Origin: Longivirga aurantiaca
Lineage (GTDB): Bacteria; Actinomycetota; Actinomycetes; S36-B12; CAIYMF01
Direction of reading: 5' to 3'
NCBI RefSeq assembly: GCF_042660085.1
Contig: NZ_JBHSTI010000008.1
Location: 660,001 to 692,000, forward strand
DNA length: 32,000 nt
In this document: in pieces, positions 8,781 to 17,641 of the stretch
Layout of the letters: every line of letters starts with the position of its first letter
How positions within the stretch are numbered: position 1 is the first letter of the stretch
Notes under the pieces: generated by a model
The model's database searches: none
Told to the model about the DNA's origin: nothing
Seen by the model: the letters and a program-made list of their open reading frames with translations, nothing else
Position numbers and translations under genes: made by a program

Positions 8781-8800
8781 TACTGACTCGTGAGTCAGCA
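8781..8800. promoter_or_regulatory. Candidate operator: inverted repeat TACTGACTC-GT-GAGTCAGCA
   Basis: Perfect 7-bp arms CTGACTC / GAGTCAG at 8783-8798 with a 2-nt spacer, extending to 9-bp arms with one mismatch. It sits in a locally A/T-richer patch 25-40 nt upstream of the Rieske-2 start codon, in the 92-bp gap after the ABC ATPase gene. Confidence 0.4.
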
Positions 8801-8850
8801 AGTATGCGGCCTGGGGGCGCTGTGCGACAGCGGATCCGGGCAGGTGTCGG

Positions 8851-9848
<998 letters not shown>

Positions 9849-9852
<4 letters not shown>

Positions 9853-10829
9853 GCCCGCACCTCCGCGAGGTGGCACGCGGCCCGGCGGTCCGCGCCGGGC
9901 CGCGTGAGCTGCAGCAGCGCGGGCTCCTCGGCCCGGCACCGGTCGATCGCACGGGGGCAGCGCGGATGGAACGAGCAGCCGTCGGGGACCTCGCCCGGGA
10001 ACGGCGGGTCGCCGGGCAGCCCGGACGGCGCATAGCGGAAGCGCGCGTCGCCGATGCGCGGGAACGCGCCCGCGAGCGCGCCGGAGTAGGGATGGGCCGG
10101 GGAGTCGAAGACCTGCGTGGCCGGGCCCTCCTCGACGATCTGCCCGGCGTACATCACCGCGATGCGGTCGCAGGCGGACGACAGAACGGACAGGTCGTGG
10201 CTGATGAGCACCATCGCGAGGCCGAGGTCCTTGACCAGCGACGCCATGAGGTCGAGCACCTGCGCCTGCACCATCACGTCGAGCGCGGTGGTCGGCTCGT
10301 CCGCGACCACGAGCTGCGGGCCGCAGGCGAGCGCCATCGCGATCATGACGCGCTGCTTCTGACCGCCGGAGAGCTGGTGCGGGTAGGCGTCGGCCCGGCG
10401 GGCGGGCAGTCCCACCATCTCGAGCAGCTCACCCACCCGCTTGTCCGCGGACGCGTGGGTGGCCTTCTTGTCGTGCAGGAGGATCGGCTCGGCGATCTGC
10501 ACGCCGATCTTCTGCACCGGGTTGAGCGCGTGCATCGCACCCTGGAACACCATCGAGGCCTGGGCCCAGCGCAGCGCACGGACCTTGCCCCACGTCATGG
10601 TGGTGACGTCCTTGCCGTCGACGAGCACCTCGCCCGTGACCGTGGCGCTCTTCGGCTGCATGCGCAGCACGGTGCTCGTGAGCGTCGACTTCCCGCAGCC
10701 GGACTCGCCCGCGATCCCGAGGGTCTCGCCGGAGTCGACCGACAGCGTGACCCCCCGGACGGCCGGCACGTCGAGACCTCCGGTGCGGTAGGTGACGCTG
10801 ACGTCGCGCATCTCGAGGAGGGCCATCAC
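9849..10829 (-). CDS. Oligopeptide/dipeptide ABC transporter ATP-binding protein (OppD/DppD-like)
   Basis: Walker A GESGCGKST, signature LSGGQKQR, Walker B LVVADEPTTALD, and C-terminal GCSFHPRCP...ACH. The start is GTG 10829 (GTGA overlap) or ATG 10826. Confidence 0.9.
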
Positions 10830-11737
10830 TCACCCTCCCCGCGCGGGTCGAGGATCGACTCGACAGCGCGGCCGACGAGGTTGAACGACAGCACCACGAG
10901 CACGACGCAGAGGCCGGGCGGGGCCAGCACCCACCACGCGCCCTGCGAGATGGCTCCCGAGGCGAAGCCCTCCTCGAGGATCGAGCCCCAGGAGACGGTG
11001 AGCGGGTCGCTGAGGCCGAGGAACGACAGCGTGGTCTCGGCCAGGATCGACAGCGACACCGCCAGCGTGGTGTTGGCCAGCACGAGCGGCATGACGTTCG
11101 GCAGCACGTGCTTGGTCATCTGGTGCACGTGGCCGCCGCCGAGCGCGCGGGCCCGCTCGAGGTAGGGCCGGCCCTCGATCGCGAGCGTCTGCGCGCGGAT
11201 GAGGCGCGCGGTGGCCGGCCACGAGGTCACGCCGATCACGATGATGATGTTGAGCATCGACTTGCCCAGCACGGTCGCGAGGACGATTGCCAGCGGCAGG
11301 TAGGGGATGACGAGGAACCAGTCGGTGACGCGGTCGAGCGTGCCGCCGAAGACGCCGCGGTAGTGCCCCGACGCGATGCCCACGGCGGTGCCGATCACCA
11401 TCGCGATGACCGTGGCGGCCAGGCCGACGGTCAGCGAGACGCGGGCGCCCCAGGCGACGAGCGCGAGGACGCTGCGACCTGTGTCGTCGGTGCCGAGCGG
11501 GAACGTCAAGGAGGGCGGCTCGAACGAGTCGCCGGTGGCCTGCGTGACCTCGAGCATCGACCGCGGGAACAGCAGGGGTGCGGTGATGGCCACCAGGGCG
11601 AAGAACGCGAGGATCGCGACGCCGGCCATCCCGCTGCGGCTGCGGGCGAACGACCGGCCGAACCGGCGTACGGAGGCACGGCGCCGGTCGCGCGCGACCC
11701 GGCGACCGCTGACCGCGGCCGAGGCGCCGGCGCTCAT
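10826..11737 (-). CDS. ABC transporter permease (DppC/OppC-like)
   Basis: 303-aa polytopic membrane protein carrying the binding-protein-dependent transport motif region (RAQTLAIEGRPYLERARALGG). It has 4-nt overlaps with both neighbouring genes. Confidence 0.9.
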   Translation of the reverse strand: MSAGASAAVSGRRVARDRRRASVRRFGRSFARSRSGMAGVAILAFFALVAITAPLLFPRSMLEVTQATGDSFEPPSLTFPLGTDDTGRSVLALVAWGARVSLTVGLAATVIAMVIGTAVGIASGHYRGVFGGTLDRVTDWFLVIPYLPLAIVLATVLGKSMLNIIIVIGVTSWPATARLIRAQTLAIEGRPYLERARALGGGHVHQMTKHVLPNVMPLVLANTTLAVSLSILAETTLSFLGLSDPLTVSWGSILEEGFASGAISQGAWWVLAPPGLCVVLVVLSFNLVGRAVESILDPRGEGE

Positions 11738-12771
11738 GAGCGCACCCGCGGGTCGAAGTAGCCGTAGAGCAGGTCGGCGACGAGGTTGGCGAAGATGACG
11801 GCGCCGGAGAACAGCAGGAAGAGCGCCTGCAGCAGGGGCACGTCAGGACCGGTGAGCGCGTCGACCGTCAGCGACCCGAGGCCGTTGATGGAGAAGACCT
11901 TCTCGATCGTGATCGCGCCGCCGACGACGAATCCGAGGTTGAGGAAGACCAGGGTCATGGTGGGGAGCAGCGCGTTGGGAACGGCGTGGCGGCGTCGGAC
12001 CATCTTGTCCATGAGGCCCTTGGCGCGTGCGGTGCGCACGTAGTCCTGGCCTGTCTCCTCGATGAGCGAGGCGCGCATGACCAGGGAGTACTCCGCGAGG
12101 TAGATCACCGCGAGGGTCGTGACCGGTAGGACCAGATGCCACGCGACGTCGAGCACGCCCAGGAGCGACGTCGAGTCCACCCCGGGCGTCGAGAGACCGC
12201 CGATCGGGAAGACGCCGGGGAACGGTCCGATGCCGACGGCGAAGACGATCAGCACGATCATGCCGAACCAGAACTCCGGCATGGAGTAGAGGAACAGCGT
12301 GATGCTGGTGGCCCGACGGTCGAACTTCCCCCCGCGGTTCCAGCCGGCCCGGATGCCGAGCCACACGCCGATGGTGGTGGCGAGCAGCGTCGCCGTACCC
12401 ACGAGGAGGAGCGTCGGCCACACGCGGGGGAGGATCACGTCCCACACCGGGGCGCTGTACTTCACCGACGGGCCGTTCCCCGTGAACGGGTTGGCCAGGT
12501 AGGCGAGGAACTGCTCGCCCAGCGGCTTGTTGAGCGCTGCCCGCAGCTTCGCGATCTGCTCGGGGTCGACGTTGCGGCCGCGGGTGTAGAGCGCGATCGG
12601 GTCGCCCGGCATCACCCGGAACAGGAAGAAGTTGAACACCAGGACGAACAGGAACGTGCCGAACGCCGACAGCGTGCGGCCGAGCCCGTAGCGCACCGTC
12701 GGGTTGGACGGGCCCCACGATCCCGAACGTCGGGACCGTGGGGCCGTGCCGACCTCATGGAGGATCGCCAC
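11734..12771 (-). CDS. ABC transporter permease (DppB/OppB-like)
   Basis: 345-aa polytopic membrane protein with the EAA-type loop (YVRTARAKGLMDKMVRRRHAVPNALLP). GTG start 6 nt downstream of the binding-protein stop. Confidence 0.9.
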   Translation of the reverse strand: MAILHEVGTAPRSRRSGSWGPSNPTVRYGLGRTLSAFGTFLFVLVFNFFLFRVMPGDPIALYTRGRNVDPEQIAKLRAALNKPLGEQFLAYLANPFTGNGPSVKYSAPVWDVILPRVWPTLLLVGTATLLATTIGVWLGIRAGWNRGGKFDRRATSITLFLYSMPEFWFGMIVLIVFAVGIGPFPGVFPIGGLSTPGVDSTSLLGVLDVAWHLVLPVTTLAVIYLAEYSLVMRASLIEETGQDYVRTARAKGLMDKMVRRRHAVPNALLPTMTLVFLNLGFVVGGAITIEKVFSINGLGSLTVDALTGPDVPLLQALFLLFSGAVIFANLVADLLYGYFDPRVRS

Positions 12772-12777
12772 GAGGCG

Positions 12778-14658
12778 CTACTCCTTGTCGTCGTCCGATG
12801 AACCGCCGCCGCCGCGGCGGCCCACTGCGACGCCGATGCCGAGGACGACGAGCAGCGCCACGACGCCTCCGATGATCAGCGGCAGGTTGGACGAGCCGCC
12901 GTCGCTGTCGCCCGAGCCCGTTCCGGGGCTCGCCGACGCCGACCCGCTCGGGGTCTCGTCGGAGACCGGCTTCACGTTCTCGTACGACCAGGTGCCGTAC
13001 TGGAACAGGAGCGAGCCGGTCTCGGCCGGCTGCGGCACGAAGCCGGTGAACCGGTCGGAGCGGTACGCCTCGAGGTTGTCGTAGTAGTAGGTGACGATGT
13101 ACGGCGCGTCGTCGTACAGCTTCTGCTGCATCTGCTTGACCAGGTCGGCACGCTTGGCCGAATCGGTCTCGGCACCCTGCTGGTCGAAGAGCGCGTCGTA
13201 GGCCTCGTCGCAGTAGAACGAGTCGGACAGGTTGGCGAGGATCGAGTCGCCGTCCTTGTACGACCGGTTCGCGCAGGTGAAGGTCGAGAGCTGGTAGTTG
13301 GGGTCGGGCTCGACGACCCAGCCCCACTCGAACATGTCGAAGTTGCCCTGGCCGATGATCTCGGTGAGCGCGTCGGACGACACGGCCTTGACCTCGGTCT
13401 CGACACCGACGGCCGCGAGGTAGCCCTTGATGAACTCGACGCTCTTCACGGAGTTGTCGGAGTCGCTGCGGGCGAACAGGCGGAACGAGAGGCGGTTGCC
13501 CTCAGCGTCCTGGCGGATGCCGTCGTCGCCGACCGTGTAGCCGGCCGCGTCGAGCAGCTGCTTGGCCTTCTCCGGGTCGTACGTGACGGGGTTGGCCGGG
13601 TCGAGGTGGAGGGTCGAGTAGATCGGCGGGATGATCGTCGAGCCGACGCTGCCGCTGCCGCCGAGGACGCGGTCGACGAGGGCCTGCCGGTCGATCGACC
13701 AGCCGAGGGCCTGGCGCAGCTTGACGTCCTTGAGCAACGGGCTGCCGTCACCGATCGGCGTGCCGTCGTCGAGGGCTGCACCGGTGTTGAACGCCAGCTG
13801 GTTGAAGCCCGAGTAGGTGGCCGAGACCTTGGTGATGCCGGGCTCGCCCTCGAGCGACTCCCAGACGTTGGCCTCCATCGAGTCGGCGAAGTCGATCTCA
13901 CCCTTCTTCAGCGCCTGCCCGAGCGCGTCGGCGTTGCCGTAGATCCGGAAGACGACCTCGTCCACCGCGGGACGTCCGCCGAAGAAGGAATCGTTGGCCT
14001 TGAGGCGGATGAACTGCCCCACCTGGCGCTCGACCATCACGAAGGGACCGGCTCCGACCGTGGGCTCGGCCTCGGTGCCCTCGTTCTTGAACGACTGCAC
14101 CTCCTTCTCGTCGATGTCCTTCCAGATGTGCTCCGGGAGGATGTAGACGGCGAGGCGCTCCATGATCGGGGACGGCGTGCCGACGGTCATGACCACCGTG
14201 GTGTCGTCGGTGGCCTCGACCTTGGTGATGTTGGCCGTGTACGAGCCGAAGTTGGTCTGCTCGTACTCGCCGTCGATGATGCGGTTGAAGGTGTAGGCGA
14301 CGTCCTTGGCCGTCAGCGGCGCCCCGTCGCTCCACGTGAGACCGGCCCGGATCTTGTAGGTCCAGGTCTTCCTGTCGGCCGACTCCTCCCACGACTCGGC
14401 GAGGCCCGCGACGGGGGTGAAGTCCTCGGCCGAGGACGACAGCAGCGTCGGGTACTGGAGCTGGTAGATCTCGTAGGCCTCGGCGACGATGCCGGTGAAC
14501 GGGTTCGCCGAGTCGATGTCCTGGGTGATGCCGATGGTGAGCACGACGGGGTCGTCGGCGGCGGAGGCTCCGGCGCTGGCGCCCGAGCCGATCGTGACTC
14601 CGAGCGCGAGGGCGGCCGCGCCCGCTGCCGCCAGGATCCGGGTACGACGAGTCGTCAC
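12778..14658 (-). CDS. ABC transporter substrate-binding protein, family 5 (peptide/nickel/opine type), with signal peptide and C-terminal transmembrane anchor
   Basis: GTG 14658 gives TTRRTRILAAAGAAALALGVTIGSGASAGASAADD, a signal peptide with no Cys lipobox. The body matches family-5 SBPs (LTIGITQDIDSANPF, WSDGAPLTAKDVAYTF). The C-terminus is a Gly/Ser linker followed by LPLIIGGVVALLVVLGIGVAV and then GRRGGGGSSDDDKE. The track start at 14694 is 12 codons further upstream and less likely. Confidence 0.85.
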   Translation of the reverse strand: MTTRRTRILAAAGAAALALGVTIGSGASAGASAADDPVVLTIGITQDIDSANPFTGIVAEAYEIYQLQYPTLLSSSAEDFTPVAGLAESWEESADRKTWTYKIRAGLTWSDGAPLTAKDVAYTFNRIIDGEYEQTNFGSYTANITKVEATDDTTVVMTVGTPSPIMERLAVYILPEHIWKDIDEKEVQSFKNEGTEAEPTVGAGPFVMVERQVGQFIRLKANDSFFGGRPAVDEVVFRIYGNADALGQALKKGEIDFADSMEANVWESLEGEPGITKVSATYSGFNQLAFNTGAALDDGTPIGDGSPLLKDVKLRQALGWSIDRQALVDRVLGGSGSVGSTIIPPIYSTLHLDPANPVTYDPEKAKQLLDAAGYTVGDDGIRQDAEGNRLSFRLFARSDSDNSVKSVEFIKGYLAAVGVETEVKAVSSDALTEIIGQGNFDMFEWGWVVEPDPNYQLSTFTCANRSYKDGDSILANLSDSFYCDEAYDALFDQQGAETDSAKRADLVKQMQQKLYDDAPYIVTYYYDNLEAYRSDRFTGFVPQPAETGSLLFQYGTWSYENVKPVSDETPSGSASASPGTGSGDSDGGSSNLPLIIGGVVALLVVLGIGVAVGRRGGGGSSDDDKE

Positions 14659-14705
14659 GTGATGCCCCTTCGGTCGACGCCGGCCGCGGCCCACCCCGCG
14701 GACGT

Positions 14706-14723
14706 CCTGACCGGTCAGTCAGG
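14706..14723. promoter_or_regulatory. Overlapping palindromes CCTGAC-CGGTCA-GTCAGG / CTGACCGGTCAG in the divergent promoter region
   Basis: CTGACCGGTCAG (14707-14718) is a perfect 12-bp palindrome, and CCTGAC...GTCAGG (14706-14723) is a second overlapping inverted repeat. They lie in the 193-bp gap between the ABC-importer operon start (14658, minus) and ptrB (14852, plus). Confidence 0.3.
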
Positions 14724-14851
14724 TCGGCGTGGCGCATTCCTACCCCACCGATGCGCGAATCGGGACATTTGTGACCTGATCGTTTCAGGCGCGACATCTT
14801 CCGGCACGGACCGCGCGACGACGGAGCCCCTGCGTCGGTTAGCGTCCCGGC

Positions 14852-16948
14852 ATGCTCCAGCCTCCTGCGGCCGCCGTACGCCCCCGCACCACCGTGCTCC
14901 ACGGCGAGGAGCGGGTGGACCCGTACGCCTGGATCGCCGACCCTGAGGACCCCGAGGTGCTCGCGTACCTCGAGTCGGAGCGGGCGTACTACGACGCCCG
15001 GGTGGCGGGCCTGGCCTCGGCCCGTGAGGTGCTGTCGGCCGAGATGCGCTCCCGCCTGCCCGAGGTGGAGCCGAGCGCGCCGTGGGAGGCGGGCGGCTGG
15101 CGATACCGGCACGTGACGCCCGAGGGATCGGAGTACGAGCGGCTCGTGCGCCGGCCGGAAGCCTCACCGGACGAGCCCGAGGGGGTGCTGCTCGACCTGC
15201 AGGCGGTGCACGACCTCGGGGGGACGGGGTACGCCCGCGACGGCGTGCTCGAGGTGAGCCCCGACGGCCGGTGGCTCGCCTGGTCCGTAGACCTCGACGG
15301 CGACGAGGTCTACGCCCTGCGCTTCCGCGACCTCTCGACCGGAGCCGACCTCGACGAGGTCGTGCCGCGCACCTACTACGGCGGCGCGTGGTCCGCGGAC
15401 TCGTCGGCGTTCCTCTACACCGTGCACGACGACACGTACCGCCCGTTCCAGGTGTGGCGGCACGTGCTCGGTACCCCGGTCACGGACGACGTGCTCGTGC
15501 TCGAGGACCTCGATGAGCGGCTCGAGATCGAGCTGCATGCGTCACGGTCCGGGGAGTACGCCGTGATCTCGTTGCTGGGCAGGAGCTTCCGTGAGGAGCA
15601 CCTGCTGCGCCTCGACTCGCCGAGCGCGACGCCGGTGCTCGTGCGGGCGCGCGAGGTCGGCGTCGAGTACGAGCTCGAGCACGCCCCGGGCCTCGGCCCC
15701 GACGGCGGCGACGGCTTCCTCGTCACCACCAACCTCGGGGCGCCGGAGTTCCGCGTGATGTGGGCGCCGGCGTCGGACCCCACGACGTGGACGCCGCTGA
15801 TCGACGAGGAGCCGACCGTCCGCGTGTGGGGCGCCGACGCGTTCGCCGACGGCTTCGTGCTGTCCCTGCGCCGCGACGGCGAGGCGATGCTCCGCTTCGT
15901 GCCGCGTGAGGGGCAGCCGTTCGACGTGCTGCCGGACGACGCCGGCGGCATGGTGCGGATCGGGCGCACCGAGGACCACTCGGCCTCGGCCGTGACCGTC
16001 GTGGTCGACTCGTTCATCCGCCCGACCGTCTGGACCGACGTGACGTGGAGCGGCGCGCGCACGCAGCGGCACGTGCGCTCGACGGTCGGTGTCGACGCCG
16101 ACGACTACGTGACCGAGCGGCGGCTCGCTCCGAGCGCCGACGGCACGCCTGTGCCCGTGATCCTGGTGCGGCACAAGGACACTCCGCTCGATGGAACTGC
16201 GCCGTGCCTGCTCTACGGGTACGGCTCGTACGAGGTGTGCCTCGATCCCGACTGGGACTTCGAGCGGCCGCTGCCCTCGCTGCTCGACCGCGGCGTGGTC
16301 TACGCGCTCGGCCACCCGCGCGGTGGCGGCGAGATGGGCCGGCGCTGGTGGGAGGACGGGCACCTCGCGGCGAAGCAGAACACGTTCACCGACTTCGGCG
16401 CGGTGGCGGCGTACCTCCGCGACGGCGTGGTGTCGTCGGTGGTCACGCGGGGCCTGTCGGCGGGCGGTCTGCTGCAGGGTGCGATGTACGCGCAGTTCCC
16501 CCGGCTGTTCGCCGGGGTCGTGGCCGAGGTGCCGTTCGTCGATGTCGTGACGTCGATGCTCGACGCGTCGCTGCCGCTGACCGCGCAGGAGTGGCTCGAG
16601 TGGGGCGATCCGCGCGACCCGGTGCAGTGCGAATGGCTCGCGGCGTACGCGCCGATGGGCAACCTGCCGGCGCTGGCCGACCGCCCGCCGCTGCTCGTGA
16701 CCGGGGCCGTGCACGACCCGCGCGTGCTCGTGCGCGAGCCGGCCCGCTGGGTGGCGAGGCTGCGCGCGTCGGACCCTGCGGCTGGTGCCGGCGACGACCC
16801 GTCGTCGCCGGTGTCGGCGCGCACGGTGCTGTTCCGGCCGGAGACGGGGGCGGGCGCCCACGGCGGGCCGAGCGGGCGCTTCGCCGAGCTCGACTACGAG
16901 GCCGAGGTCTACGCCTGGGTGCTGGCGGCGCTGGGCGTGCCGGTCTAG
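14852..16948 (+). CDS. ptrB: Oligopeptidase B / prolyl oligopeptidase family S9A serine peptidase
   Basis: The N-terminal region has HGEERVDPYAWIADPEDPEVLAYLESERAYY and a beta-propeller region follows. The catalytic domain has the Ser elbow GLSAGGLL, the Asp region VHDPRV and the His region GAGAHGG. Confidence 0.9.
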   Translation: MLQPPAAAVRPRTTVLHGEERVDPYAWIADPEDPEVLAYLESERAYYDARVAGLASAREVLSAEMRSRLPEVEPSAPWEAGGWRYRHVTPEGSEYERLVRRPEASPDEPEGVLLDLQAVHDLGGTGYARDGVLEVSPDGRWLAWSVDLDGDEVYALRFRDLSTGADLDEVVPRTYYGGAWSADSSAFLYTVHDDTYRPFQVWRHVLGTPVTDDVLVLEDLDERLEIELHASRSGEYAVISLLGRSFREEHLLRLDSPSATPVLVRAREVGVEYELEHAPGLGPDGGDGFLVTTNLGAPEFRVMWAPASDPTTWTPLIDEEPTVRVWGADAFADGFVLSLRRDGEAMLRFVPREGQPFDVLPDDAGGMVRIGRTEDHSASAVTVVVDSFIRPTVWTDVTWSGARTQRHVRSTVGVDADDYVTERRLAPSADGTPVPVILVRHKDTPLDGTAPCLLYGYGSYEVCLDPDWDFERPLPSLLDRGVVYALGHPRGGGEMGRRWWEDGHLAAKQNTFTDFGAVAAYLRDGVVSSVVTRGLSAGGLLQGAMYAQFPRLFAGVVAEVPFVDVVTSMLDASLPLTAQEWLEWGDPRDPVQCEWLAAYAPMGNLPALADRPPLLVTGAVHDPRVLVREPARWVARLRASDPAAGAGDDPSSPVSARTVLFRPETGAGAHGGPSGRFAELDYEAEVYAWVLAALGVPV

Positions 16949-17367
16949 CGGTCGGCGACCCGGCGGACGAACGCGAGGCCGCTCCAGGTCTCGTCGATGG
17001 CGCAGACCTTGATGTCGACGACGCCGGCGCCGAGGCCCTCCTCGCGGACGACGTCGCCGGTGAGGTCGGTGGCGACGCCGCTCGCCTTCTTCGGCCACGC
17101 GAGCCAGAGCCGACCGGGTGTGGTGGTGCGGGCGATGTCGCGGGGGAGGTGCTTGATCAGCGTGCGCGCGTCGGTGCGGAAGGCGACGACCACGTCGTAC
17201 GGCGCCCTCCCGGCACGGCGGTGGATCTCGACGCCGTCGGGGAGAGGCGCGAGGTGCGTGCTCTCGAACCCCTCGGGCGCACCGTCGAGCAGCACCCGGC
17301 TGCCCGGCCTGATGCCGAGCTTGTCCGGCAGCGGCGTGCCGGAGTAGCCAGCCGGCGGAGTCGTCAC
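16945..17367 (-). CDS. DUF3052-like conserved actinobacterial protein of unknown function
   Basis: GTG 17367 gives TTPPAGYSGTPLPDKLGIRPGSRVLLDGAPEGF...LWLAWPKKASGVATDLT, which I recall as DUF3052-type. This was not searched. Track ORF codons upstream of 17367 are Arg/Gly-rich and were rejected. The stop overlaps the ptrB stop (CTAG). Confidence 0.65.
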   Translation of the reverse strand: MTTPPAGYSGTPLPDKLGIRPGSRVLLDGAPEGFESTHLAPLPDGVEIHRRAGRAPYDVVVAFRTDARTLIKHLPRDIARTTTPGRLWLAWPKKASGVATDLTGDVVREEGLGAGVVDIKVCAIDETWSGLAFVRRVADR

Positions 17368-17430
17368 CTTCGGGACGCTAGCGCGGCGAAAGGCCTGCGC
17401 GCCGGTGCTCGGAGGTGCACACTCCCGCGC

Positions 17431-17589
17431 ATGGATCCGGCCCACCCCGTCACCGCGCCCCTCGCGGACCTCTGCGACGGCGACCCGCTCGACCTCGAGG
17501 CCGATCCCCGGCTGCGGCTCGAGCGGCCCGCGCCGCCGGAGCCGTGCGGCCCCCTCTGCACCCCGTGGTGCCTGGCGTCGCACGCCTGA
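17431..17589 (+). CDS. Candidate small ORF (52 aa): acidic N-terminal region plus Cys-rich tail CGPLCTPWCLASHA
   Basis: The ORF runs from ATG 17431 to TGA 17589 and encodes MDPAHPVTAPLADLCDGDPLDLEADPRLRLERPAPPEPCGPLCTPWCLASHA. By my count 50 of 52 codons end in G/C, while second positions are much less G/C-rich, which is the coding signature of this genome. There is no well-spaced SD (GGAGG is 15 nt upstream). It is the tail of a spurious 514-aa track ORF. Treat as hypothetical. Confidence 0.3.
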   Translation: MDPAHPVTAPLADLCDGDPLDLEADPRLRLERPAPPEPCGPLCTPWCLASHA

Positions 17590-17622
17590 GCCTGGGCAGA
17601 TCGACGCTCCTGCTCCGACGTG

Positions 17623-17641
17623 ACTGGACAACATGTCCAGT
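17623..17641. promoter_or_regulatory. Candidate operator: perfect inverted repeat ACTGGACA-ACA-TGTCCAGT
   Basis: 8-bp perfect arms with a 3-nt spacer, 50-68 nt upstream of the phhA ATG, in a locally A/T-richer segment. Confidence 0.35.
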
